NCBI GenBank assembly: GCA_902622665.1
Contig: CACNQV010000001.1
Span: 123,719 to 187,718 of the forward strand
From: an uncultured Candidatus Actinomarina sp.
Lineage (GTDB): Bacteria; Actinomycetota; Acidimicrobiia; Actinomarinales; Actinomarinaceae
DNA: 64,000 bases
Direction: 5' to 3'
The position numbers and the translations under genes are program-made. Of the stretch, positions 37,473-47,714 are shown piece by piece. Position 1 is the first letter of the stretch. Each line of letters begins with the position of its first letter. The notes below the pieces were generated by a model. It was not told the DNA's origin and did not search any database. It was given only the letters and a program-made list of their open reading frames with translations.

Positions 37473-39899
37473 TTATTTTGAAGGTGCAAAACCAAGAAGT
37501 CTATTTGAAAACTTGTATTCACCAACCCAAAAATGATACCCATCCCAGCCAATACCAGATGCCATCTTTGTTCCCATATTAGATTTATCAGTTCTTCCGC
37601 CAAAGCTCATTGTTGGAGTGTTTCCAGCTAAAGCATCTGTAACTGAATTCCAACCAATGATATTGTTACTATCAGGAATAAAAAACCCTTTATCGTTGAA
37701 GCTAACTTCTGAAGGACAGTCATATCCAGGTACCATTTGATACGATGGTGAGCTCAGAGAGGAAAGCTCTAAAACATTAAAACTAGATCCACCCGGATAA
37801 CATCCAATTGCTAAATGAGTATCGTTCATGTCTATTCTTCCAAGATTCGTAAGATTTGGAAGAGAGTAAGCAGGATTATCAGATACCCCTGGTACGCCTT
37901 CCCATATGTAAATTGTGTCTGCACCAGCGTCTGCTACTGCAAAATATGTACCATTATATGCAAGCCCCCTAACACTTTGGAATGTTACATTACCGATAGT
38001 TTTTGCATTCAATGTAAAACTGTAGTTCCCGCTATTCATCGTTGATTCTATATCGCTCCATCCAAACACACTATTGCCACCAGCCAAATACACTTCTTTG
38101 TCCTCAACAACCATATCCCATGGAGCTTGGTCGAACCTCCTCATAACAATATCTGGTTTTGCGCCTGAGTTTCCAGGAAGTTGTTTCCAGATAGAAAGAG
38201 ATCTGTCAAAATCTGATGATACAAAAAGCATGGTTCCATTTGAATCAATGATTGGATTTTGAATAATAAATTCATCTAAAAGTGGATAATCAGTTGGCTC
38301 ATTTGCTAGTAACGCCCAATCTGGCTTTTCAGCAGGTGAAGTAGGTATAGTATCAAAAACAGAGATCCTATTTCCGTTGTATTCCGCAACAAATAATTTT
38401 CCATCAACAACTGTTGCTCCTCCATCGTCTCCACCAGCCCATCTATGTCCCTCATTAGGATTAGCTAGTTTTACATTTGCTTTTAAATCCTGCGTAGTTG
38501 TATAAAGGTTATCATAAAAATACATAGTCTCTCCACCTGCAGCTATTCCATAAATTTTTGAATCATATATTGCACTTGCTAACCAATTATCGATACAAGC
38601 ATCTGGATCTCTTGAAGAGGTGGGCCATGAAGTCCAAATATGAGTAGATCTTGTACCGTTTTGGCCGATACATGGTCCGTTTGCATTTTCATCACCAAGC
38701 ATTACATAGTTACCATCTGAAGTAATAGATCGTGGAGTTCCTACCTGGCTGGAGGTCAGAACTACATTTGGAGCATCACTAGGTCCCGGAAATGAATCCC
38801 AAAACAAAACTGCTTTTGCAACTGTCGCTGTAACAATAACTTTTGTGCCATCTGACCAAACTCCCCAAGGCCAAGAGTCACCAAAATTAACATAGTTTGT
38901 AGTTTGTATAGCATAATCTGCTGCCTGACCTGAAACTGTTGGGAAAGAAGTCCAAACTAAAACTCTGTTATTGTCTGAATCAGCAACCAAAACTTTTCCA
39001 TCTGGTGTTATCACTACCTGTCCTGGAAAGTTCATATTATTTAAACCTGTTCCAGAGTTATGTGTTGTAAAGTTTGCCTGACCTAACACTATATCTGGTG
39101 CAGTATTGGAAGTTGGAATTGAATTCCATATTAAAACTCTATTATTAAATCTATCTGTAACCGCCATCTTGCCAGCATTTGCGGATATAGAAACTGGGTG
39201 GTTTAATTTTGTCGATCCACCAGAGTTATTAAAGCCATATCCGGAAAGCAAAATATCTCCGGACTCATTTAAACCAAATCCTGTATTTCCATTAGATGTT
39301 GCTACTGAGTAACTCTGAGAGTATTCGTAGACATTCAAATCGTACCATGAGTTACCTTGGTTTCCCTCAGGACCACTTGGTTGATTTGTACTGTCTGATT
39401 TAGAATCTGAAGCTAGAGTAGTTGGTGTTGTACTATTGCCTCCATAACCTCCCCCACTTGGTGGAGGTGGTTGTGCTGTATCAGAAGAAGATGTTGGATC
39501 ATCAAAACAACCAATAATAACACCGGCTTCAAAATTGTCTGGGTTTAAATCATTTACAATTTTTTGATAAATATCTGTTGGAAAAGCTCTAGAAATACAA
39601 TCTAATACTTCGTCATCTGCATCATTAATTATCTGTTTAGCTCTATCTATATCATTTCCGTCTTTTGGAGGTGGAAGGGGTTTATTACCTTCTGGTGGAG
39701 GTGGAGGGTTGTTTCCTTCTGGTGGAGGTGGAGGGTTGTTTCCTTCTGGTGGAGGTGGATTATTGGGATCGGCTGGTTTATTAATTGGTGTATCTTCTGA
39801 GATTGGATCAATATTTACCTGATTTTCCGAATTTTCTGGGCTAGAACATGCCTGAAGTATCAAAAAGAGTATAAGTCCCGTATTTATTGACTTTTTCAT
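37473..39899 (-). CDS. secreted NHL-repeat (beta-propeller) protein with Pro-rich N-terminal repeats
   Basis: Signal peptide; (NNPPPPPEG)x3 repeats; repeated NNRVLIW/NNRVLVW/GNRISVFD NHL-like blades; 808 aa. Confidence 0.65.
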   Translation of the reverse strand: MKKSINTGLILFLILQACSSPENSENQVNIDPISEDTPINKPADPNNPPPPEGNNPPPPPEGNNPPPPPEGNKPLPPPKDGNDIDRAKQIINDADDEVLDCISRAFPTDIYQKIVNDLNPDNFEAGVIIGCFDDPTSSSDTAQPPPPSGGGYGGNSTTPTTLASDSKSDSTNQPSGPEGNQGNSWYDLNVYEYSQSYSVATSNGNTGFGLNESGDILLSGYGFNNSGGSTKLNHPVSISANAGKMAVTDRFNNRVLIWNSIPTSNTAPDIVLGQANFTTHNSGTGLNNMNFPGQVVITPDGKVLVADSDNNRVLVWTSFPTVSGQAADYAIQTTNYVNFGDSWPWGVWSDGTKVIVTATVAKAVLFWDSFPGPSDAPNVVLTSSQVGTPRSITSDGNYVMLGDENANGPCIGQNGTRSTHIWTSWPTSSRDPDACIDNWLASAIYDSKIYGIAAGGETMYFYDNLYTTTQDLKANVKLANPNEGHRWAGGDDGGATVVDGKLFVAEYNGNRISVFDTIPTSPAEKPDWALLANEPTDYPLLDEFIIQNPIIDSNGTMLFVSSDFDRSLSIWKQLPGNSGAKPDIVMRRFDQAPWDMVVEDKEVYLAGGNSVFGWSDIESTMNSGNYSFTLNAKTIGNVTFQSVRGLAYNGTYFAVADAGADTIYIWEGVPGVSDNPAYSLPNLTNLGRIDMNDTHLAIGCYPGGSSFNVLELSSLSSPSYQMVPGYDCPSEVSFNDKGFFIPDSNNIIGWNSVTDALAGNTPTMSFGGRTDKSNMGTKMASGIGWDGYHFWVGEYKFSNRLLGFAPSK

Positions 39900-40072
39900 A
39901 ATTTGATTATATTGAATTTTTTGTAATTTTTAAAAAAATAACTTGGGAATATTAGAATAGGTAGTAAGACTTCCTTTCGTGCTTTGAGCCACTTTTAGAG
40001 ACGATAAAACAAAAATTTACAGCCACAGGGAGTCTTTTTGCCGTTTTTAATAAAAATTGGCCCTAAAAAGTG

Positions 40073-40110
40073 AAAATCCCGATTGATCTTGCGACCCTTC
40101 GGGATTTTCG
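40073..40110 (-). terminator. hairpin AAAATCCCG-N19-CGGGATTTT followed by a T-tract on the minus strand (copy 1 of a duplicated element)
   Basis: 9-bp perfect inverted repeat. On the minus strand it is followed by CACTTTTTAG. Identical core repeated at 40287-40322. Confidence 0.45.
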
Positions 40111-40286
40111 TACTATTTTCAATTAGGTCTTGCGACTTAATTTCTGATAGTTATTTAAAAATAGTAGGTTTTTTGTAATTTGACAAGATTTTTTTCTTAG
40201 TTTTTTTCGCGAACTTTTATACCTAAATTTAATAAATTACAAGTTAAATGGGTTTAATCTTTACAAAAAACTTGGGCAAGAAGCAA

Positions 40287-40322
40287 AAATCCCGATTGAT
40301 CTTGCGACCCTTCGGGATTTTC
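40287..40322 (-). terminator. hairpin copy 2 (identical 37-nt core)
   Basis: Same inverted repeat; minus-strand T-tract TTTTTGC follows. Lies downstream of the minus-strand ORF ending at 40441. Confidence 0.45.
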
Positions 40323-40440
40323 TGTTCTATCTTATTTTCAATCTTGCGATTTATTTTCCGATAGTGTTCTATAAATATACGTTAGTTTTTATTCTTCTGC
40401 AAGAAATTTACTAATGTATTTTTCGCGAGGTTTTTGTATA

Positions 40441-40965
40441 TTATTCCTCTTCATAAAAATTAAAAGATGTGAATGCTTCTTGTAGCTCGTTAATTGAGAT
40501 ATCATCAACTTGAACATTAAACACCTCTTCTCCAAAAGAAAACTGTAAGAAATTATTCTCTACAAGTTCTAGATTTGTTATATCAAAAATACTTTTTACA
40601 ACAGAAAGTGTTCTCTCCTTAGATCGAAGAACAACTTTTGTATCAATTATTTCAATAACTGGTTGAAATGCACTTTGTATTGTTATGAGGAGCTGTAGAA
40701 GACCAAAAAATAACAACAAATAATACAAGTACTCTTCTCTTGCGTTAGAACCAAACTCACCAATCCTAAAATATTTAATCATTAATTCTCTGAAAGGTCC
40801 TGTAATAATGTTATCGACTCCAACATACGTAAGAATAAATCCTCGCAAGAATGGAAGGTATAAACTATTTCTGTCACGATAAAACTTCATATATTTTTCT
40901 CTTAAGCTATCAGAATAACCTAGTTTAGCTATTGTTTTTGTATGGAAATTGTATTGATTAGACAT
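40441..40965 (-). CDS. hypothetical protein (174 aa)
   Basis: ORF; its N-terminus overlaps the divergent histidine-phosphatase gene, so the true start may be an internal Met (~40890). Confidence 0.35.
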   Translation of the reverse strand: MSNQYNFHTKTIAKLGYSDSLREKYMKFYRDRNSLYLPFLRGFILTYVGVDNIITGPFRELMIKYFRIGEFGSNAREEYLYYLLLFFGLLQLLITIQSAFQPVIEIIDTKVVLRSKERTLSVVKSIFDITNLELVENNFLQFSFGEEVFNVQVDDISINELQEAFTSFNFYEEE

Positions 40966-41637
40966 GGTCAGCCAGAATGGATGCCGGGTGAGGTGTATAC
41001 AAAAAACCCAGGCTTGACTTCACTTGGAAAAATACAATCTGAAAAGTCATCTTCAGCTTTTCAAGAAAATATTGCCGATGAAATATGGGTTTCTCCCTTA
41101 AAGCGTGCTCAAGAAACACTTACTCCTTTTAGAGAAAGAAACATAGGTAAATCTATTCATGTATATGAGTGGCTCCAAGAAATGCAGGACGAAGAAGAAG
41201 AGACGTTATATGGAAAGAATACTGAAGAAGTAATGGCTTTTTTTGCTAAAAGAAATTCTCAGTCTTTTGAAGAGTGGAGTGAAGCTAGTCATGGGAAATA
41301 CATGGAAGTCTTCCGTAAAAACATAGTTTCAAATTTAGAAATAGAGCTTAGCAATAGGGGGATTGTATCTTTAGACGCAGAGTATGATAGAAGATTTGAC
41401 TTAAACGAATCAAGTATTGAAAGATTAATGATTATTTCTCATGCTGGAACAATGTCAGTCTTGTTATCATATTTTTTAAACATGCCCCTCTATGCATGGA
41501 CGTGGAGAAAGTTTCTTCCAAGACATACAGGTCACACAACATTAAAATCAACTCAGATTTCAGGAGGTCACTTTTTTAGGCTTAAAGAGTTCAATAATGT
41601 GTCTTTTACTGATAGTGACGAAGAACAAACATACTAA
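40942..41637 (+). CDS. histidine phosphatase family protein (phosphoglycerate-mutase-like)
   Basis: N-terminal catalytic RHG motif (VLIRHGQPEW); later IISHAGT. Confidence 0.7.
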   Translation: MEIVLIRHGQPEWMPGEVYTKNPGLTSLGKIQSEKSSSAFQENIADEIWVSPLKRAQETLTPFRERNIGKSIHVYEWLQEMQDEEEETLYGKNTEEVMAFFAKRNSQSFEEWSEASHGKYMEVFRKNIVSNLEIELSNRGIVSLDAEYDRRFDLNESSIERLMIISHAGTMSVLLSYFLNMPLYAWTWRKFLPRHTGHTTLKSTQISGGHFFRLKEFNNVSFTDSDEEQTY

Positions 41638-41661
41638 TATAATTTTAACTACAAAAAAATT

Positions 41662-42330
41662 ATGCCTTATACAAGAGTTTTACCTGAGGTAACGATAAGC
41701 GAACTTACGCCTAGAAAAAGTAGATTCTTTTTAAAATATCTTGCGAGATTTCTTCTTATGTTTGAATCGGTTAAAGCTAAAGGTTTTTTTCTAGATAATA
41801 AAAGAGTTATCATTACCGCTGCTCCTCATCAATCTAGTAAAGATGAATACTTGATGATTTTAATGATTTTAGCTTTGGATATAGATGTCTGCTATCTATC
41901 TGCAAAATGGACAATGCGAAGGATTCCAATTCCTTTAATGAAGCCAAAAGATATTGATAAGCAAGGTATTCGCTGGCCACTAGGTTGGCTCCAAGAAATA
42001 GTATTTAGAAAATTTGGTGCAATTCCTGTAGATAGAAAAAGTAATAGTGGGCAGTATGACTCTGTTGTTCGAGAACTTTTAAAGAGAGATAATTTTCTAT
42101 TAATTATTACACCGGAAGGTAGATTTGACGCAACTAGGTTTAGAAGTAGTTTTTTATATCTAGCAAAAGAACTAAATGCTGAAGTAATGCCAGTACAGAT
42201 CGATTACGAACACAGCACCTTAAAGTTTTTAGATAGTTTAAGTCTTGATGGTACCGAGGAAGAGGTCATACAAAGACTTCGTAATTGCTTTGACGGAGTT
42301 AAAGGAAGAAAAAGTAGGTTTAAGGCTTAA
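41662..42330 (+). CDS. PlsC-like acyltransferase (HX4D)
   Basis: ITAAPHQSSKDEY HX4D motif; IITPEGR block III; paralog of the ORF at 2447..3112 (shared VLELTDSV / FLDSLSLD-type C-terminus). Confidence 0.5.
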   Translation: MPYTRVLPEVTISELTPRKSRFFLKYLARFLLMFESVKAKGFFLDNKRVIITAAPHQSSKDEYLMILMILALDIDVCYLSAKWTMRRIPIPLMKPKDIDKQGIRWPLGWLQEIVFRKFGAIPVDRKSNSGQYDSVVRELLKRDNFLLIITPEGRFDATRFRSSFLYLAKELNAEVMPVQIDYEHSTLKFLDSLSLDGTEEEVIQRLRNCFDGVKGRKSRFKA

Positions 42331-43181
42331 TGGAAGAAAAAATACACCAACTTATTAAAGAAAGGAATCCATGGTTACTAAAAAACAACTTACTATCCAA
42401 AATTACTTACAACTTATTGAAAAAATATCTTAGATATGATGAAACTGTTTTTGTTGGAGATCACATTCAAAGTATGACTGGTGAAGAAGCTTTTAATTGG
42501 ATAGGCAGTGAATACACAAACAACTCTTCTATTGAGGGTCTTGAAAATATACCAAAAGACGAAAAGTTTTTAATTGTATCAAATCACCCTATGGGAGCTG
42601 CAGATGCAATAGCTCTGTATTATAAAATTTATCCAGTCCGTAATGATCTTTTCTTTTTTGCAAATGAACTTTTTGTAAGTCTATTAGGAGCTTTTCATGA
42701 TCTATTAGTACCTGTTGTATGGAACAAAGAAAAGGAAACTCATTCAGCAAACAAAGTAACACTTGAACGGCTTAGTATTTTTTTTAGTGATGGAAGGCCT
42801 GGTATCATATTTCCCTCCGGTCGTATTTCTAAACTTACTTTCTTCGGTTTATGGGATAGATCCTGGGAAAAAACTCCAGTTGCACTTGCAAAAAAATACA
42901 ACTTTCCTCTAATTCCAGTGTATGTGGAGGGAAGGAACTCATGGTTTTTTTATTTTGCTTCATATGTTAATAAACAGTTAAGGGATGTTTCTCAATTAAA
43001 CGAACTGTTTAATAAAAGAGAAAAAAATATTTCAATAACGATAGGTAAGCCAGTTTATGTAAATAAACTTAGTGATAATAGTGATGTCGCAATTGAACAG
43101 TTGCGTTACAAATCAGAGAGTTTAAGAAAAAAAGCTTCATTAAAGTTAAATAGGTATATTCACTTAGGAAAATATAGATAG
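42330..43181 (+). CDS. lysophospholipid acyltransferase-like protein
   Basis: VSNHPMGAADAIAL (HX5D variant) and FPSGRIS block; start overlaps the previous stop by 1 nt. Confidence 0.45.
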   Translation: MEEKIHQLIKERNPWLLKNNLLSKITYNLLKKYLRYDETVFVGDHIQSMTGEEAFNWIGSEYTNNSSIEGLENIPKDEKFLIVSNHPMGAADAIALYYKIYPVRNDLFFFANELFVSLLGAFHDLLVPVVWNKEKETHSANKVTLERLSIFFSDGRPGIIFPSGRISKLTFFGLWDRSWEKTPVALAKKYNFPLIPVYVEGRNSWFFYFASYVNKQLRDVSQLNELFNKREKNISITIGKPVYVNKLSDNSDVAIEQLRYKSESLRKKASLKLNRYIHLGKYR

Positions 43182-43183
43182 TT

Positions 43184-44161
43184 TTACTCTACAACTTCTC
43201 CAGTACTTGGGCTAACACCTAGATTGCCGACCATATATCCAAATAAGAGCGGTGTTGTGATTAAACCACCAAGTCCATAAAATCTCCAAGTAAGCTCATA
43301 ATCACTTTGAGATTGTTGAATAAGCAGGTATAGAACAAAAAATAATCCATATAATGATGCAGTTACAGCTGCACTTACTTGTATTTTTCTATCGTGGTCG
43401 GTGTTGTAATACCAGTTGGTGACCCTAAGTACTCCGAAACTAAATAGTCCTCCAATACCAATAATCAGCATCATTAACCTTATGTTTCCTAAAGAAGCAT
43501 GAACCGACACATAAACAAAAGAGAGAAAATAAAGCAAAAACATTTGATTTGGTGACATTTTAAATCGTATCGCATAAACATAAACAATGCTTGCAAGCAT
43601 TGATTGAAAAAATAAAGTCCCAGCCGCAAAAGCATCGTCAGAGCTAAAAAATACTCCATATTGCAAATATGGGTGAAGGAACTGCGTTATAAACATTACC
43701 AACGCGTAGATTGTTGATACTGCTACAACAGAAGCTGTGTCTAATTGATCTTTGCTGGGTCTTGTTGTAAACACATAATCTAACATTAGAAATGCGCCAA
43801 GGAATAACATTAAGTGCGAAGGAGAAACTAGTGGCTCAACTCCTGTTTCAATACCAAGTAGGGTATGCCACACAGCATCTGATGCTCCACCAACTCCAAA
43901 AATAATCGCACCTAAGACACCAACATCAAATTTGTAATCTTTTATTTTGTTTTTGATATATATTGCAACGAAAACAGAGAAAGTATACCCTGAATACAAC
44001 ACAGCATGCCAAGGAGTAAAAAATGTTTCAATATCATCAATTAAATATGTGTGTGCACTTGAATCTATCCATGCTCCAATAAAAAACCAAAGCATTGCAA
44101 TAATAAATAAGTTTCTATCTCTTTCATCTGTAATTGCTACAGGTGATAATTTATTGAACAT
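43184..44161 (-). CDS. hypothetical polytopic membrane protein (325 aa)
   Basis: ~9 hydrophobic helices; no motif recognised. Confidence 0.5.
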   Translation of the reverse strand: MFNKLSPVAITDERDRNLFIIAMLWFFIGAWIDSSAHTYLIDDIETFFTPWHAVLYSGYTFSVFVAIYIKNKIKDYKFDVGVLGAIIFGVGGASDAVWHTLLGIETGVEPLVSPSHLMLFLGAFLMLDYVFTTRPSKDQLDTASVVAVSTIYALVMFITQFLHPYLQYGVFFSSDDAFAAGTLFFQSMLASIVYVYAIRFKMSPNQMFLLYFLSFVYVSVHASLGNIRLMMLIIGIGGLFSFGVLRVTNWYYNTDHDRKIQVSAAVTASLYGLFFVLYLLIQQSQSDYELTWRFYGLGGLITTPLLFGYMVGNLGVSPSTGEVVE

Positions 44162-44229
44162 ATAAATATTATAAACCTAAAGCTATGTGCGTATTTAGTA
44201 AAATCAACCAGTACAGATAGAATACAAAT

Positions 44230-45396
44230 GTGAAAAATAATGGATTCAATAGAACACTTACTTTAAAAAGCTCAATATATCTTGGGTTAAGTTCAATGAT
44301 TGGTGCTGGCCTTTTCAATAATATAGCTCCTACAGCAAAAATAAGTTCTTATGGTTCAATCCTAGGACTACTTTTAGCTTCAACATTAGCAATAGCAAAT
44401 GCCTCTTCATCAGCTCAACTCTCATCACTTTTCCCAAAAACCGGTGGTACATATTTGTATGCAAATGAAGTATTAGGTAAACCTTATGCAGTTACTGCTG
44501 GTACGGTATTCATTATTGGCAAAACTATAAGTTGTGTTGCAATAGCGCTTACAGTTGGAAACTACATTTCACCCGTGTATGGAAAAGAAATTGGTGTTAT
44601 TTTATGTCTTTTGGTATTTTTGTTAAGCTTTTCTGGAATACACAAGACTGCAGAAATTGCTAAATGGTTTGTTTGGATAATTTTTGGGTTACTTTTATTT
44701 TATGCTGTATCGATTATCTCAACACCAGACATTAATTTAAGTATTCCAATCTTTGAGAGTGCTTCAGTTGATAATATTTTGTTATCTGCAAGTATATGGT
44801 TCTTTGCATTTACGGGATATTCGAGACTTGCTACATTTGGTGAGGAAATAAAAAATCCTAGAGAAATTATCCCAACAGCAATTTTTACTGGTCTAGGGGT
44901 AATAATCTTACTGTATTTTGGAATTACTTGGTTAACGTTGTCGATAATCAGTCCGGAGTTCATTATGAACTCAAATACACCTCTTCTTGTTGCTATGGAT
45001 GTCAGTAGATTTTCAGAATTTTCGTTTTTAATAGTTTTTGCTTCTTCTATTGCTATGGTTTCTGTATTTCTTGCATTGATGCCTGGTATTAGCAGGATAT
45101 ACGTTGCTCTATCCAGAGACAAAATACTTCCAAATGCATTTTCAAAAATTCATAAAAAATTTAATTCTGCTTATTTCTCAGAAGTCTTTGTGTTTATATC
45201 GGTTATTGTAGGTATTTATAGTTTTGATGTTGTCAGATCCATAGAGCTAAGCTCCTTTTTTATTTTGATCTATTATGCAATTACTAATTTTTGTGTAATA
45301 AAACTAGAAAAAAGAGACAGGCTTTATTCATTGACAATTTCTGTCTACGGATTTACTATGTGTCTTGTATTTGCAGGGGTTTTAATAATTTTTTAA
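44230..45396 (+). CDS. APC-superfamily amino-acid permease
   Basis: 388 aa, ~11-12 TM helices; G-rich TM1 (GLSSMIGAGLF) typical of APC transporters. Confidence 0.6.
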   Translation: MKNNGFNRTLTLKSSIYLGLSSMIGAGLFNNIAPTAKISSYGSILGLLLASTLAIANASSSAQLSSLFPKTGGTYLYANEVLGKPYAVTAGTVFIIGKTISCVAIALTVGNYISPVYGKEIGVILCLLVFLLSFSGIHKTAEIAKWFVWIIFGLLLFYAVSIISTPDINLSIPIFESASVDNILLSASIWFFAFTGYSRLATFGEEIKNPREIIPTAIFTGLGVIILLYFGITWLTLSIISPEFIMNSNTPLLVAMDVSRFSEFSFLIVFASSIAMVSVFLALMPGISRIYVALSRDKILPNAFSKIHKKFNSAYFSEVFVFISVIVGIYSFDVVRSIELSSFFILIYYAITNFCVIKLEKRDRLYSLTISVYGFTMCLVFAGVLIIF

Positions 45397-45718
45397 CAAA
45401 CAAACTGGGATTGTTCCTGGCTTGTTATTAGTGACCTTTAAAATTCCTCCTAAAATATTTTATAAGTTGATAAGAAGTTTTATTTCTCCCTTTTTTTATT
45501 ATGTAAATAAAATTAAAGAAATCTTTTTTAGTACAAATTTCACAAATACATATGACTTGTGAAATAAATATCACAATCTTGCAGGGTTGTGAAATAAGAA
45601 TTATACTTATATTATCGGTCAATCACGTGTATGCGTTGAAAATCACTCAAACACACTTCCATAAGTGGTTGACCTATGCCTGATTTGCTATAAATTCTAA
45701 AATATTTATTCTTAATTC

Positions 45719-46210
45719 ATGCAAAAGTTTAAAACTTCAAACAGTATGAATTACGAATGTTCCATTGAAGAATTATGGGAGATTGTGTCATCCCCTAATT
45801 ATCTAAACAATGTACATCCATTTTGCAGAGAAAACTCGATTATTCACTGGGATAACGATAACCATGAAGACAAAATAGTCTATTTAAATGATCGCACTTA
45901 TATAAGAAGATTTGTAAGTTGGAGGACATTTGAAGGATATGATCTATGGATAGGTGACAATAATAAAGATCAGTCTTTTGTTGAGTGGAGATTGGAAAAA
46001 ATAGACAACGGTTCAAAGCTTACAATTACAATTTATCCATTTTTATTAAGTACATGGCCAAAGGTGTTTTCATTCTTGCCTTATTTTCTTTATATAAATA
46101 TTAAATTAAAGTCGTACTTGTTCTCAGTGCTGAGTGGAATTAATTGGTATATTAAAGAGAAAACTGCTGTTCCAAAAAATCAATTTGGTAAACATACTTG
46201 GTTCTCCTAG
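45719..46210 (+). CDS. hypothetical protein (163 aa)
   Basis: ORF preceded by an AT-rich region with a TTGACC...TGnTATAAAT promoter-like sequence (45668-45695). Confidence 0.4.
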   Translation: MQKFKTSNSMNYECSIEELWEIVSSPNYLNNVHPFCRENSIIHWDNDNHEDKIVYLNDRTYIRRFVSWRTFEGYDLWIGDNNKDQSFVEWRLEKIDNGSKLTITIYPFLLSTWPKVFSFLPYFLYINIKLKSYLFSVLSGINWYIKEKTAVPKNQFGKHTWFS

Positions 46211-46211
46211 T

Positions 46212-46718
46212 TTAATGTTCCCTTGATCTAGATGATTTAGACATTGTCTTTTCCAAAGAACCGTTTGAAAATATATAAGACTCAACACTATCCACTAAAT
46301 GTTTTCCATTTTGTGATTTTTGCATAATCACATCTACAGTCATTCCCTCATAGGGAGAAATTAGAGTTATTGAATGTTGTCTAAATTTTTTTGATGATTG
46401 GTCTCTTCTAATTACATCACTTATCATATTGCTTGATTCCCACGACCAGTCTTCACCAACAGCTACAAATTTACATATGTGTTTTGTCTGCGATTTGTCG
46501 ATTCTTGCACCTGGACAAACTAGTATGGAGCCTTCAACCCAAGGGTTTAAGCCTAAACCATCTATCTTTGGAAAGGCAATGTTAAAAGAGTCGTCAACTA
46601 TTGCCTCAATATCGCCTTTTTTAAAATTACGTTCTTTGATAATTTCAGAAATTGTATTTTGAATCCTAAATAATGATTCCTCGTCTAAATTTTCAAGATT
46701 TTCCCTGTCCATAATCAC
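46212..46718 (-). CDS. hypothetical protein (168 aa)
   Basis: ORF; convergent with the ORF at 45719..46210, 1-nt gap. Confidence 0.4.
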   Translation of the reverse strand: MIMDRENLENLDEESLFRIQNTISEIIKERNFKKGDIEAIVDDSFNIAFPKIDGLGLNPWVEGSILVCPGARIDKSQTKHICKFVAVGEDWSWESSNMISDVIRRDQSSKKFRQHSITLISPYEGMTVDVIMQKSQNGKHLVDSVESYIFSNGSLEKTMSKSSRSREH

Positions 46719-46952
46719 ATGTAAACAGTTTGGTGAGACAAATTGCTACTCTTCTTCTAAGGCAAGCTTTTGACCAGCTGTTTCTTTTCCTCTTAAATCA
46801 CGAATGTCTACTCGTATTAAACCAATTACAAATATGGTAAGAGTACCTACTGGAAATAAAAGAATTAAGAACAAAGGCGATGATGTTATTGTCTCTATCA
46901 TATTTTTATCATAACAAATTTACATAGTATAATTAAATCGAGAAAGGAAATA

Positions 46953-47107
46953 TGGTAAAACTAGGTTTGTATGCAAGCATGGTGTCTGTGATAGCATCTG
47001 TGCTCATTTATATTGTATTAGATGATTCTCAACTTGCGATTTACGTAGGGCTTTGGGCTCCAACACTTATTCTTTATAGCCAAGCTTACGAACAAGCAAA
47101 TAAGTAA
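46953..47107 (+). CDS. possible small membrane protein (~50 aa, below the ORF-track cutoff)
   Basis: ATG preceded by AGAAAGGAAA RBS; encodes MVKLGLYASMVSVIASVLIYIVLDD..., a single TM helix. Approximate end coordinate. Confidence 0.3.
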
Positions 47108-47233
47108 CTCGGTTTACGTAAAAAATAGACTGTTGCTAGTATTTGATTGTGAATAAAGTTGAAAAGAAATCATTTTTTGGCTTCTTAGTTGTAGCCTTTT
47201 TTTTGCATTTGTATTTAGTAGTTTCACTTATCG

Positions 47234-47698
47234 GTGGCTAGAAAACTTCTTTTTTTTCTTCTTATAATTTCTTGTACGTCTACAACAGATGTTTTAACAG
47301 AATCTTCTCAAACGGTCGTAAAACAAACATTATCATCTGAAGAAATTCTTGTTGAGATACTTGATACATATAAAGTTTTTTCTGAAAATCCTAGTAATGC
47401 AGTGAATACTATTTGGGATTATGCTCATGAAAAAAATAAAGAAATAACAGGGCCAAAAGAAAGGTTTTCAATGATGCTTACTTCTCAACCATACGATGCA
47501 ATAATTGATCTTAAAGATTATTCATACGAAGTCACTTCTGAAAGTGAAGAAAATATTCAATATGAAGTAAAAGTGTTAGCTAAAAGTAACAATTATTTTG
47601 TAATAACGTGGGTATTTGAAAAAACAATTTGTGACGACAAGCAATGTTGGAGAACTACTAGTGTTAGTCAGCCAGAATTTTTTGATTCTGGAATTTAA
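47234..47698 (+). CDS. putative lipoprotein, hypothetical (154 aa)
   Basis: Signal peptide with lipobox LLIISC. Confidence 0.4.
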   Translation: MARKLLFFLLIISCTSTTDVLTESSQTVVKQTLSSEEILVEILDTYKVFSENPSNAVNTIWDYAHEKNKEITGPKERFSMMLTSQPYDAIIDLKDYSYEVTSESEENIQYEVKVLAKSNNYFVITWVFEKTICDDKQCWRTTSVSQPEFFDSGI

Positions 47699-47714
47699 AA
47701 TTTAATTAACTTTA

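Noticed and set aside
40073-40322. Possible CRISPR array (repeated 37-nt unit)
   Set aside because: There are only two copies separated by ~180 bp, each an internal hairpin followed by a T-tract, and no cas genes adjacent. They are better explained as duplicated terminator/regulatory elements.
44162-44229. Lysine (L-box) riboswitch upstream of the amino-acid permease
   Set aside because: The leader is only ~68 nt, far shorter than an L-box aptamer (~180 nt), and no conserved L-box segments are visible.
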